A DNA stretch of 64,000 nucleotides from an uncultured Fibrobacterota bacterium. Lineage in GTDB: Bacteria > Fibrobacterota > Chitinivibrionia > Chitinivibrionales > FEN-1185. A model generated the notes under the pieces. The model was given only the letters and a program-made list of their open reading frames with translations, was not told where the DNA came from and ran no database searches. This document shows, piece after piece, positions 11,323 to 19,727 of this stretch. Position 1 is the stretch's first letter. Every line of letters starts with the position of its first letter. The stretch spans positions 192,001 through 256,000 of the forward strand of contig CAVSQB010000028.1 of NCBI GenBank assembly GCA_963729895.1, given 5' to 3'. The translations under genes and the position numbers were made by a program.

Positions 11323-12507
11323 CTAAAGCTTGCATTTGGCAAGCACCTGCTCGAATATGGCACAAGCGGCTTTGATGTCCTTTTCTTCAACGATAAGCGG
11401 GGGCATGAACCGGACGGTATTCTGCTCGGCCTTGATAACCAAGAGGCCGGCATCTTTGCATTGGGGAATGATATTCTTGGGGTCGTCAGCCATCTCGACT
11501 CCCACAAGAAGCCCTGTTCCCCGGATTTCCTTGATCCCTTTGTGCGATGCCGCAATGCGCGCAAGTCCGTTTCTGAGATATTCTCCGTTCTTCCTGACCG
11601 CGGCAAGGAAGACGGGCTGTGCTATGATGGCGAGCACGACACACCCCAGCGCGCACGCCAGGGGGTTGCCGCCGAAGGTTGTCCCGTGGTTCCCCGGTGA
11701 AATCGCGGAGGCGATGTGGTCCTTGCAGACTACCGCCCCGAGCGGAAGGCCGCCGCCAAGAGGTTTTGCGGCGGCGAGGATGTCGGGCGCAACGCCGTAC
11801 TGCTCGCAGCACCAGACCGTGCCGGTCCTGCCGAGGCCGCATTGGATCTCGTCGAACACGAGCGCAATGTTCTTTTCATTTGCATAGGTCCGGAGGAAGG
11901 ACAAAAACTCCTTTGACGCGGGGTTGACTCCGCCTTCGCCCTGCAAAGGCTCGACGATGATCGCGGCGTAGCTGTGCTTGTCAAGTTCTTCCTTGGTCCC
12001 CGCGATGTCGTTGAATGTGGCGTAGTGGAACCCTTCCAGAAGAGGGCCGAATCCCTCGTGAAACTGCTCCTGGGCGGTCGCAGACAGGGCGCCATAGGTC
12101 CTGCCGTGAAATCCCCGGTAAAACGAAAGAATGTGGAACTTGTCCTTTGAAGCCCGGGTAGCCCATTTCCGGGAGAACTTGATTGCGGCTTCAATCGCCT
12201 CAGTCCCGCTGTTGCACAGGAATACTTTGCCGCCGAAGGTAATTGACGAAAGCAACTTTGCGAGCTCGTACTGCGGCTGGGTAAAATACAGGTTCGACGA
12301 ATGGATGAGCAGTGATCCCTGCTCCCGCAGCGCAGCGATGATGGCGGGATGGCTGTGCCCGAGCGCATTCACGGCAATGCCTGCGCCGAAATCAAGGTAC
12401 CGTTTGCCGTCCGCATCAAACAGGTACATGCCCTCGCCACGGACGAGGGCGGCGCCGGTCCGCGAAAACGTTGGAACAAAAACGTCGTTGTAATGAGGGT
12501 GCTCCAT
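11323..12507 (-). CDS. argD: Acetylornithine aminotransferase
   Basis: DFGAGIAVNALGH, NSGTEA, FHGRT, EPLQGEGG, DEIQCGLGRTG, HGTTFGGNP; located in an arg cluster. Confidence 0.92.
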   Translation of the reverse strand: MEHPHYNDVFVPTFSRTGAALVRGEGMYLFDADGKRYLDFGAGIAVNALGHSHPAIIAALREQGSLLIHSSNLYFTQPQYELAKLLSSITFGGKVFLCNSGTEAIEAAIKFSRKWATRASKDKFHILSFYRGFHGRTYGALSATAQEQFHEGFGPLLEGFHYATFNDIAGTKEELDKHSYAAIIVEPLQGEGGVNPASKEFLSFLRTYANEKNIALVFDEIQCGLGRTGTVWCCEQYGVAPDILAAAKPLGGGLPLGAVVCKDHIASAISPGNHGTTFGGNPLACALGCVVLAIIAQPVFLAAVRKNGEYLRNGLARIAASHKGIKEIRGTGLLVGVEMADDPKNIIPQCKDAGLLVIKAEQNTVRFMPPLIVEEKDIKAACAIFEQVLAKCKL

Positions 12508-12534
12508 GGGTTCCTTGCTCTATGGTAGCCGGCG

Positions 12535-13314
12535 TCACGCCAGAATAACGGTGCCGGTGGCCGTTTCCGGCCGTAGTTCACGCGTCAGGGTCTCTTTTCC
12601 ATTCCAGCCGCAGATGTGGACTTGCGCAACCCCGTTCTCAACCGATTCCCTCGCGCCTCGCACCTTGGGGATCATCCCGCTTTTGATATGGCCCTCGGTA
12701 ATGAGCGTTTCCATTTCGCCCGTCCGGATGACGCGCACCACCGCGCCGTCCACCAGCACGCCGGGCACGTCCGACACAAACACAAGATGCTCAGCGCGCA
12801 GCGCTTGTGCGATCTCGCTCGCTGCGGCATCGGCATTGACATTATATATATTGCCGACATTGTCGCGCGACATAGGCGAAACCACCGGCACGATGCCGTT
12901 TGCCTTGCAGATGCCGATGATGCGTATGTCAACGTGCTTGATGCTGCCCACAAAACCGATATCCCTGCCCTGCACCGTCATGCGCGATGCCGAAAGCAAA
13001 TTGCAGTCCACGCCGCTGATGCCGAGCGCAGTAACGCCCGCCGTTTGGAGCGCATTCACAAGCCTTTTGTTCACGTCGCCGGACAACACCATCTGGACCG
13101 TGCCCACGGTTTCGGCGTCGGTGACGCGCATACCTTCAACAAAGGTGTATTCTTTCTTGAGCAGGTCGAGCTGACGGGCGATGTCCTTGCCGCCGCCATG
13201 GATGATCACCGGGAAACGGTCTTTGCAAACGGCGGCGATGCTCTGCGCGAAATCCGGCAAGAAGCCCGCCGTGTCGAACGTGGAGCCGCCCGCTTTGATG
13301 CACACGGTTTCCAT
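12535..13314 (-). CDS. argB: Acetylglutamate kinase
   Basis: IKAGG, HGGG, GMRVTD, NVNAD, SDVPGV, GMIPKV. Confidence 0.95.
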   Translation of the reverse strand: METVCIKAGGSTFDTAGFLPDFAQSIAAVCKDRFPVIIHGGGKDIARQLDLLKKEYTFVEGMRVTDAETVGTVQMVLSGDVNKRLVNALQTAGVTALGISGVDCNLLSASRMTVQGRDIGFVGSIKHVDIRIIGICKANGIVPVVSPMSRDNVGNIYNVNADAAASEIAQALRAEHLVFVSDVPGVLVDGAVVRVIRTGEMETLITEGHIKSGMIPKVRGARESVENGVAQVHICGWNGKETLTRELRPETATGTVILA

Positions 13315-13329
13315 GTGGAAAGGTCTTTC

Positions 13330-14355
13330 TTACAGCAGGCCGGTGGTTTCAGGGAATCCGAACATGATGTTCATGTTCTGGACCGCCTGTCCGCTGGCGC
13401 CTTTGACGAGATTGTCGAGCGCCGACACCGCAATCACGGGCCGGCCGGTTTCGCCTCCTGTAAACGTGATGTCGCAGAAATTGGTATGCGCCACGCCGCC
13501 GATGTCCGGCAGGTTTGACGGATCCCGCAGCCGGATAAACGGCTCGCCGGCGTAGGCGCTTTTCACAATGTCAAGGCATGCCGCCGCGGTCCGGTTTGTG
13601 ACGAGATAGATTGTGGAAAGGATCCCCCGGTTTGTCGGAAGCAGGTGCGGCGAAAAGGTGATCGCTACGGCCTTGCCGCACGCCTTCGAGAATTCCTGCT
13701 CGATCTCGGCAATGTGCCGGTGCGCGTGGCCGATTGAATATGCGGAGAAGTTTTCGTGGACCTCCACAAAGTGGCTCGACAGCTTGAGCGACCGTCCCGC
13801 GCCGCTCACCCCGGATTTCGAATCGGCGATCACCAGGGAAATCCGTGTTCCCGTGTCCTTGAAAAGGGGCAACAACGGCAGCATGATGCTTGTCGAATAG
13901 CACCCCGGATTTGCAACGATTCTCGCTTTTGCAATGTCTTTCCGGTTCTGTTCGCACAGGCCGAACGCGGCTTCTTCCAACAGCTCCGGGCAAGGATGTT
14001 CGGTCTTGTACCACAAGGCGTATTCCTTGGGATCCTTGATCCTGAAGTCTGCGCTCAGGTCAACCACTTTCACGAGTTTATTGATAAAGGGCATGAGAAG
14101 CCCGGCAGACGCCGCATGGGGCAGGCAGGAAAAAACGCAGTCGACCCCGATGTCCACGGCCTTTTCCGGGGCGACCAGGACGTCGTCGCACACGCCTTGC
14201 ACGAGCGGAAACACAGCGCTCAGTTTCTGGCCTGCGTACGATTGAGAGGAGACAAAACCGATTGACGCAAAGGGATGCGATGCCAAAATCCTCACGAGTT
14301 CCACGCCGGTATAACCGGTTGCGCCAAGGATTCCAATCTTGATCTTTTTTGGCAT
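13330..14355 (-). CDS. argC: N-acetyl-gamma-glutamyl-phosphate reductase
   Basis: GATGYTG, DLSADFR, ANPGCY, SGVSGAG, DNLVKGASGQAVQNMN. Confidence 0.96.
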   Translation of the reverse strand: MPKKIKIGILGATGYTGVELVRILASHPFASIGFVSSQSYAGQKLSAVFPLVQGVCDDVLVAPEKAVDIGVDCVFSCLPHAASAGLLMPFINKLVKVVDLSADFRIKDPKEYALWYKTEHPCPELLEEAAFGLCEQNRKDIAKARIVANPGCYSTSIMLPLLPLFKDTGTRISLVIADSKSGVSGAGRSLKLSSHFVEVHENFSAYSIGHAHRHIAEIEQEFSKACGKAVAITFSPHLLPTNRGILSTIYLVTNRTAAACLDIVKSAYAGEPFIRLRDPSNLPDIGGVAHTNFCDITFTGGETGRPVIAVSALDNLVKGASGQAVQNMNIMFGFPETTGLL

Positions 14356-14522
14356 GGGTGCATACTCCCCGCATTGGACCGATCAATTTCTCAAATTCCC
14401 CTGTAAAATAGTTTACCCTTGATGCGAAAGTGATACCGATTACTTGCACGGGCCTTTAGGCTGATTGAAGTGATGTCAAGGGTGTCTTTCCCGCTTCGCA
14501 CCATCATGCGGACCGGCCCAAA

Positions 14523-14987
14523 TCATCGTTTTCTCGAATAGGTTCCGACAAGTTCTCCCGAAGCCATCACATGCCCTTTCATGGCTTTCTCGATGTCCCT
14601 TTTCCCTTTCCCTGCGGGCAGACCAAGCACAATGTCAAGAGCATATACTTTAAAGAAATAACGGTGGGTCCCGCCCGGCGGGCAGGGGCCGCCGTAGCCA
14701 ATGCTCCGGAAGTCGTTTGTTCCCTGTTTGCCGCCGCAGACAAGCGCACCCGATGGCGGAACGGCTTGGACAAGGGAATCGACGTGCGGGGGAATATCGT
14801 AGCACACCCAATGCACCCACGTGCCTGCGGGAGCATCCGGGTCGTCGCATATCAACACAATGCTATTTGCGTTTTTCGGGACGCCGCTCCATGAAACAGG
14901 CGGAGAAGCGTTGGTCCCGTCGCAGGTGTAGGCGGCGGGAATTGCCTGCATGGAATCAAATGCCCGGCTCGTGACGGAAATGGCCAT
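14523..14987 (-). CDS. YbhB/YbcL family (PEBP/Raf kinase inhibitor-like) protein
   Basis: YTCDG.N.SPP, DDPDAP, WVHW, GYGGPCPP, HRYFF. AGGAGG RBS before MAISVTS. Confidence 0.92.
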   Translation of the reverse strand: MAISVTSRAFDSMQAIPAAYTCDGTNASPPVSWSGVPKNANSIVLICDDPDAPAGTWVHWVCYDIPPHVDSLVQAVPPSGALVCGGKQGTNDFRSIGYGGPCPPGGTHRYFFKVYALDIVLGLPAGKGKRDIEKAMKGHVMASGELVGTYSRKR

Positions 14988-15358
14988 AAATCCTCCTTTT
15001 GGACTGCACCATGCCATTGCACACAGAAAGGCGAGCGATGCCGCCGCCGTGCGGAGAAATAATTGGTTCATGTAGTACCACCTCCCTGACATATTACGTG
15101 GTTCATAAGCATAGTCACCCAGCCACGATGTCACCAGGTCGAAGGGTCTATCGAGTACAAGACGGTTTGATAGAATCACCGCGACAGATTCCATGTGGCA
15201 TTACTTACAAACTGCTTGGTGTGAACCAAAATACAAGCGGAAAACCCCGAAGAAAAGCCCTTTTGGTTCTATGGCTGAAAATCCCGCTAAAGTCGCATGC
15301 GGCAAAAATCCCTCCAAGAAGAGGAAAGGGCGGTTTGGGAGAAATCGGTTTTTTAAAT

Positions 15359-15387
15359 TTGACAAAAAAAACCGGAATGGCTATATT
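15359..15387 (+). promoter_or_regulatory. Sigma70-type promoter upstream of the flippase gene
   Basis: TTGACA (15359-15364), 17-bp spacer, TATATT (15382-15387). Confidence 0.55.
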
Positions 15388-15499
15388 CGATACCAAAACA
15401 AAGTTGTTTTGTGAGCGGCGATCGGAGAATGTCACCAAGCAGGGCGTGCGATGGGGAGCCGTAGAGCGCAGAACCCGACAACGATTCTTGAAAGACACG

Positions 15500-16987
15500 A
15501 TGAATACACCTCTTCCTATAAATATTAGTCCATCGCTAAAGAGAAATTATTTATTCAATGTGTCCCTGACTATTTCCAACATAGTTTTTCCCATCATTAC
15601 TTTTTCGTATGTCGCCCGGGTATTTGGCCCGGAAATTCTGGGGAAAATAAACTTCATAGCTTCCATCGCAGCGTTTTTTAGTCTGATTGCTTCATTTGGA
15701 CTCTCGATCTACGGGACATCGGCAATTGCAAAAGAACGCGATGATCAATCGTCACTCAACAAGCTTTTCTCCGAATTTGTCAGCATTACTTTCTTGTCCA
15801 GTATGGTTTCGACGGTCTTCTATCTCAGCCTGTTTCTTTTCCTGCCAAAGGTGAAAAACGATTTGGGCCTGTTCCTGATTTACGGTTCAAATGTGCTATT
15901 TACCTTTATGTCAATAGACTGGCTCTATCAGGGCTTTGAAAGATACCAATACATCACAATCCGGAATATCATATCCAAAATCGCATTCCTCGGTTGCATT
16001 GTCCTGATTATCCGGAACAAGGGTGACTTTCTGCTTTTCGGCGGGATCGTCTTCCTGTCATTTTTCATTCCGAATCTTCACGGCCTATACCGTGCCCGCG
16101 CCGTGGTGAACTTCCATCCCGATTTCCTGGCATTCAGAAAGCATGCAAGAGTACTGCTCACCAATTCATCCAGTCTCATTACGGTAAGCATTTATGCTAT
16201 TCTTGATAATGCGATTCTCGGTTTCCTGGCCGGGGATGTTTATGTAGGATATTATTCAACCGCCATGAAGATCACGAGGATTATTACCACTGTGAGCACC
16301 TCTCTTGCAACGGTTTTGCTGCCACGGCTTTCCTATTACATTGAAAATAACCGGATCGGCGAATTCAATGCTCTTGCAAAGAAATCGCTCCACTTCATCT
16401 ACCTGATTGCGCTGCCATCGTTTTTCGGCGTTATCATACTTGCGCCGGCAATTATCGATTGCCTTGCAGGAAAGCAGTTTGGCCAGGCAGTGTCGGCGCT
16501 GAGAATTGCTGCCGCGATTATTCCGGTTGTCGGCCTTACAAACCTCATTGGTTTGCAGGTACTCATTCCGCTCGGGAAGCTTAAAGAACAGTTCTTTGCC
16601 ACCCTCGCAGCCGCGATTGCGAGCATCGGACTCTATTTCGTGCTTATTCCGACCTATAAACATAACGGCGCAGCCCTTGCGACGGCAATTGCCGAGGGAA
16701 TTGTGCTTGCGGTTCAATTGGTGTATGTTCGCAGAGGGCTCTTAGCATTTAGATTGCTCGACAGGGTATTTGCAAAATATGCGTGCATGAGTCTTGTGAT
16801 GGCAGCAGCGCTGTCGGGGGCGCTCCATTTTATGACTCTCAAACCGCTGTTCCTGCTGGTCGCAGGTATGAGCATGGGCGCCTGTATCTATTTCTTTGGC
16901 TTGGTGTTGATGAAAGATGCCCTTGTCCTCGATGCCATGGGCATGATTTCCAGGGCATTCGGCAGGGCAAAATCGAATGGGGATTGA
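15500..16987 (+). CDS. Wzx-type polysaccharide flippase
   Basis: SLKRNYLFN..IVFPIITFSYVARVFGP, many TM helices, VGYYSTA, LLPRLS. Confidence 0.88.
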   Translation: MNTPLPINISPSLKRNYLFNVSLTISNIVFPIITFSYVARVFGPEILGKINFIASIAAFFSLIASFGLSIYGTSAIAKERDDQSSLNKLFSEFVSITFLSSMVSTVFYLSLFLFLPKVKNDLGLFLIYGSNVLFTFMSIDWLYQGFERYQYITIRNIISKIAFLGCIVLIIRNKGDFLLFGGIVFLSFFIPNLHGLYRARAVVNFHPDFLAFRKHARVLLTNSSSLITVSIYAILDNAILGFLAGDVYVGYYSTAMKITRIITTVSTSLATVLLPRLSYYIENNRIGEFNALAKKSLHFIYLIALPSFFGVIILAPAIIDCLAGKQFGQAVSALRIAAAIIPVVGLTNLIGLQVLIPLGKLKEQFFATLAAAIASIGLYFVLIPTYKHNGAALATAIAEGIVLAVQLVYVRRGLLAFRLLDRVFAKYACMSLVMAAALSGALHFMTLKPLFLLVAGMSMGACIYFFGLVLMKDALVLDAMGMISRAFGRAKSNGD

Positions 16988-17087
16988 CAGTCTTGTCTAG
17001 CGGTGATTGATGCCGTTTGGAACCTGGCATCTGTGCAGCCGGAAAGTCTCAAAGCATGCTTCTCGCGAATGGGGCGTGCAACTCCCT

Positions 17088-17384
17088 TTACTTCTTCCTT
17101 TTTGCCTTTCTTGTGCGAGGCTCTTCTCCCCGGATAATTCGATACGCCTGCGAAACGGACAGTTTGAACCTCCTCGCCAGCTTTGTTCCCGGCATGCCGG
17201 ATTTGTAGGCTCGCACGATTTCGCGGTTACGTTCGGCATGCTTGTCTTCGACAGCCCCGATTCCGTATTTAATCCTGAGCTGATGAACCGCCTGCCGGGT
17301 GATTCCGAACAGATTGCCGATTGCATCGTCTGTTTTGTACTTGGCCTGCAGTTTAATTAATTGCTGATTCCCTATCCTCGCCAT
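17088..17384 (-). CDS. Small basic HTH DNA-binding protein
   Basis: Two HTH-like segments (DDAIGNLFGITRQAVHQLR; GTKLARRFKLSVSQAYRII) and a K/R-rich tail. Confidence 0.7.
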   Translation of the reverse strand: MARIGNQQLIKLQAKYKTDDAIGNLFGITRQAVHQLRIKYGIGAVEDKHAERNREIVRAYKSGMPGTKLARRFKLSVSQAYRIIRGEEPRTRKAKRKK

Positions 17385-17541
17385 GGAAAGAACCCCCTTC
17401 AAAAAGTAGAGCAAACCTGCCGTTTTGGTAATTTGATTAATAAGAGAAAATAGCTTTGCAATAATACTTGTGCAAGAAAATAGTACGGGAGATGTTTGAC
17501 AAACGATTGGTACGGCGCCGGAAGGCGGTTACACTCTTTCT

Positions 17542-18111
17542 CTACTCGATTTTTTCGGGAGTCGCGCAGGTCAGGACGCCTTCAATTTGCGCTTTTGAAA
17601 AGGCGATCTTGAGTGTCACCATCCAGCCCTTGTCCCTGGAACGTCCCTGTTTTATTGTCGTGGGGACTGCGGCAAGGCCTATGCATTTGACAAGTGATTC
17701 CCCGGACACCGCCGAGGTGTCTGTGTGCGGTCTGAGCTGTTGCGCTATTTTGTTGATTGCCGAAAGCCGTGCCGCGTCGCGCGCTTCATCAAGGGTCTGG
17801 CGGCCAGCCGTGGCGGTTGCGGACACGGATTTCGGCTTTGCCCGGTTGGTTGCGGGCGCGGGGCCTTCGCTGTCTGCAAAGTCCCAGGTTTTGTCCTCGT
17901 GCAGCACGATGTTCTTGTCGCCGTACACGTTTACGGTTACGTCGCCGCCAAGCCGGGAGGATGAACCGCCCTTGATGTCCCAGGAATAATTGTCGTGGAG
18001 CACAAGAGTGCGGCCGTCCGACAGGGTGACGAATTCGTCCTTGGCCGATACGACGCAAACGGCTGCCGACAAGAGTAGTAAGACTGCCGTGAGACAGTGG
18101 AGGATTCTCAT
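17542..18111 (-). CDS. Exported protein with two DUF3157-like beta-hairpin repeats
   Basis: Signal peptide, then VTLSDGRTLVLHDNYSWD and VYGDKNIVLHEDKTWD. Confidence 0.6.
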   Translation of the reverse strand: MRILHCLTAVLLLLSAAVCVVSAKDEFVTLSDGRTLVLHDNYSWDIKGGSSSRLGGDVTVNVYGDKNIVLHEDKTWDFADSEGPAPATNRAKPKSVSATATAGRQTLDEARDAARLSAINKIAQQLRPHTDTSAVSGESLVKCIGLAAVPTTIKQGRSRDKGWMVTLKIAFSKAQIEGVLTCATPEKIE

Positions 18112-18308
18112 ACGCGCCCTTTCCTTCAAACCTCTCTCAAAAAGAATCATGTTTCCAGAAAATAGGTTGCCGGGTACGACAAGCGCAAATCTCGGAAGAC
18201 GGGCTGCTGCGGCAAGCCCTCCCGATAGATCGTTTGTGCAAGCGACCTGGCGGTGGACATTTTTTGTCGGCGTTGTGAGCGGGGCGAAAGCAGGTGGGCG
18301 TTGCCCAT

Positions 18309-19613
18309 CGTGTTGCCTCATAATAAAAGGTAACCGAAGGGTCAGATTCGATGCCTCACAAATGAGGTAACCGTAACAAGGTTGAAAATGGTTTTGAGTT
18401 TTCTTTCGATAGTCTTTTTTAATTGGAATGGATTGAGAGCACGGTGGGTCAGTTCAAGGCTTTGCTTGACTTCTGAAGCTATGTAAGGTGATTCAACGAT
18501 TCTTTGATAGGGAGTTTTCGGTTCTTCATAGGTCTTGCGGTATCGAGATCCTATCCGGATTTTAGATTTGAGTTTCAGCGATGGACAGAAGTGGTTTTGA
18601 TAGAGAGACCACTCGTTGGCATAGAGGTCGTTAATGAGGGGAAGCGTGTCGGGGTTTTCGATCCGATCATAACCAAGCATGTGCCTGGCCTGCGCCCAGT
18701 TTTTCTGTTCGACATGGGCGTTGTCGTTTTTCTTGTAGGGACGTGACCGGGTGAACTTTACAGGGTCTTGTCGCACGGCGAAGTAGCGTTCGAGATGATA
18801 GTTGAGGAACTCGGACCCGTTATCACAGTCAAAGCCACGCAGGGCAAAAGGTATTCGTCGTTCGATGTCTTTAACCTGCTCAATGACACCCTGGGAGCCC
18901 TTATTCCACACAGCACGGCCTTCGGTCCAAGCAGTATGGATGTCAGTCATGATAAGGCTCCACACAAATTCTCCGGCAAGGCTGGTGCCGCAATGGGCAA
19001 CCGTATCCGCCTCCATGAATCCAGGCTGGGTAATATCCCAGTTGTCGGTACGGATGGGGATTTGATTGCGCAGCATGGAGCCGGGCTTGGTGCCGCACAA
19101 TCCCTTGCCCATACGCGTACGTAAAGGGCATAGGACGCGGTCAAGCGTGGAGCGGCTGACAGAGAGGAGCCGCGCACGGACTTCCTCGGAAAGCAGTTCA
19201 AAGGATTGTTCGTAGAATGGCAGCCATACTGGAATGACAACCTTAAGGCGGCGAGAGCACATGAAATCAGAGGCTTTCCAGATGTACTGTAACGCCTTAA
19301 TAAAAAGCGGTTCAGCATATAAGGGTCTTCTTCCACGCTTGGCTTTTTGTTTCTGTTTGCGTTTTCCAAGTAGCCGGATAGCGTACTTGCGATTGTATCG
19401 GCAAATCGCACAAAACTCATCGAGAATCTGCTTTTTGCCGGCTCTGTTGGAATGGGCATATCGTTGTCGTATCGCTTCCCGATATGCTTCTTTTTCTTTG
19501 TGCCCCATAGTGGTAACCCCCTTTTTTCTTGGGTTACCTTAATTATGAGGCAACGAATCAATTGGTGCGTGTTTCGATTAAGCCTTCGGTTACATTTAAT
19601 TTGAGGCAATGCG
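18309..19613 (-). mobile_element. Insertion sequence (ISNCY/IS481-like, integrase-core transposase) with duplicated terminal motifs
   Basis: Imperfect inverted ends CGTGTTGCCTCATAATAAAAGGTAACCGAAGG and CCTTCGGTTACATTTAATTTGAGGCAATGCG. CCAT(CG) is repeated on both flanks (18305 and 19614). Confidence 0.85.
18342..19508 (-). CDS. DDE integrase-core transposase
   Basis: KKQILDEFCA..YNRKYAIRLL, PGFMEADTVAHCG, DCDNGSEF, SRPYKKNDNAHVEQKN. Confidence 0.92.
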   Translation of the reverse strand: MGHKEKEAYREAIRQRYAHSNRAGKKQILDEFCAICRYNRKYAIRLLGKRKQKQKAKRGRRPLYAEPLFIKALQYIWKASDFMCSRRLKVVIPVWLPFYEQSFELLSEEVRARLLSVSRSTLDRVLCPLRTRMGKGLCGTKPGSMLRNQIPIRTDNWDITQPGFMEADTVAHCGTSLAGEFVWSLIMTDIHTAWTEGRAVWNKGSQGVIEQVKDIERRIPFALRGFDCDNGSEFLNYHLERYFAVRQDPVKFTRSRPYKKNDNAHVEQKNWAQARHMLGYDRIENPDTLPLINDLYANEWSLYQNHFCPSLKLKSKIRIGSRYRKTYEEPKTPYQRIVESPYIASEVKQSLELTHRALNPFQLKKTIERKLKTIFNLVTVTSFVRHRI

Positions 19614-19727
19614 CCATCGGCTCCTGCACGCCGATTTTCCCTTGTTCCGAAACCTCTCCCATCGTATACTATTGACACCAAATTATCGTTTATCCGCAGG
19701 TGCCCGTACATCATCAAGGAATGACTC

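Noticed and set aside
10019..14355. arg cluster lacking argJ/argF/argH
   Set aside because: Split arg operons are common; the missing genes are probably elsewhere in the genome.
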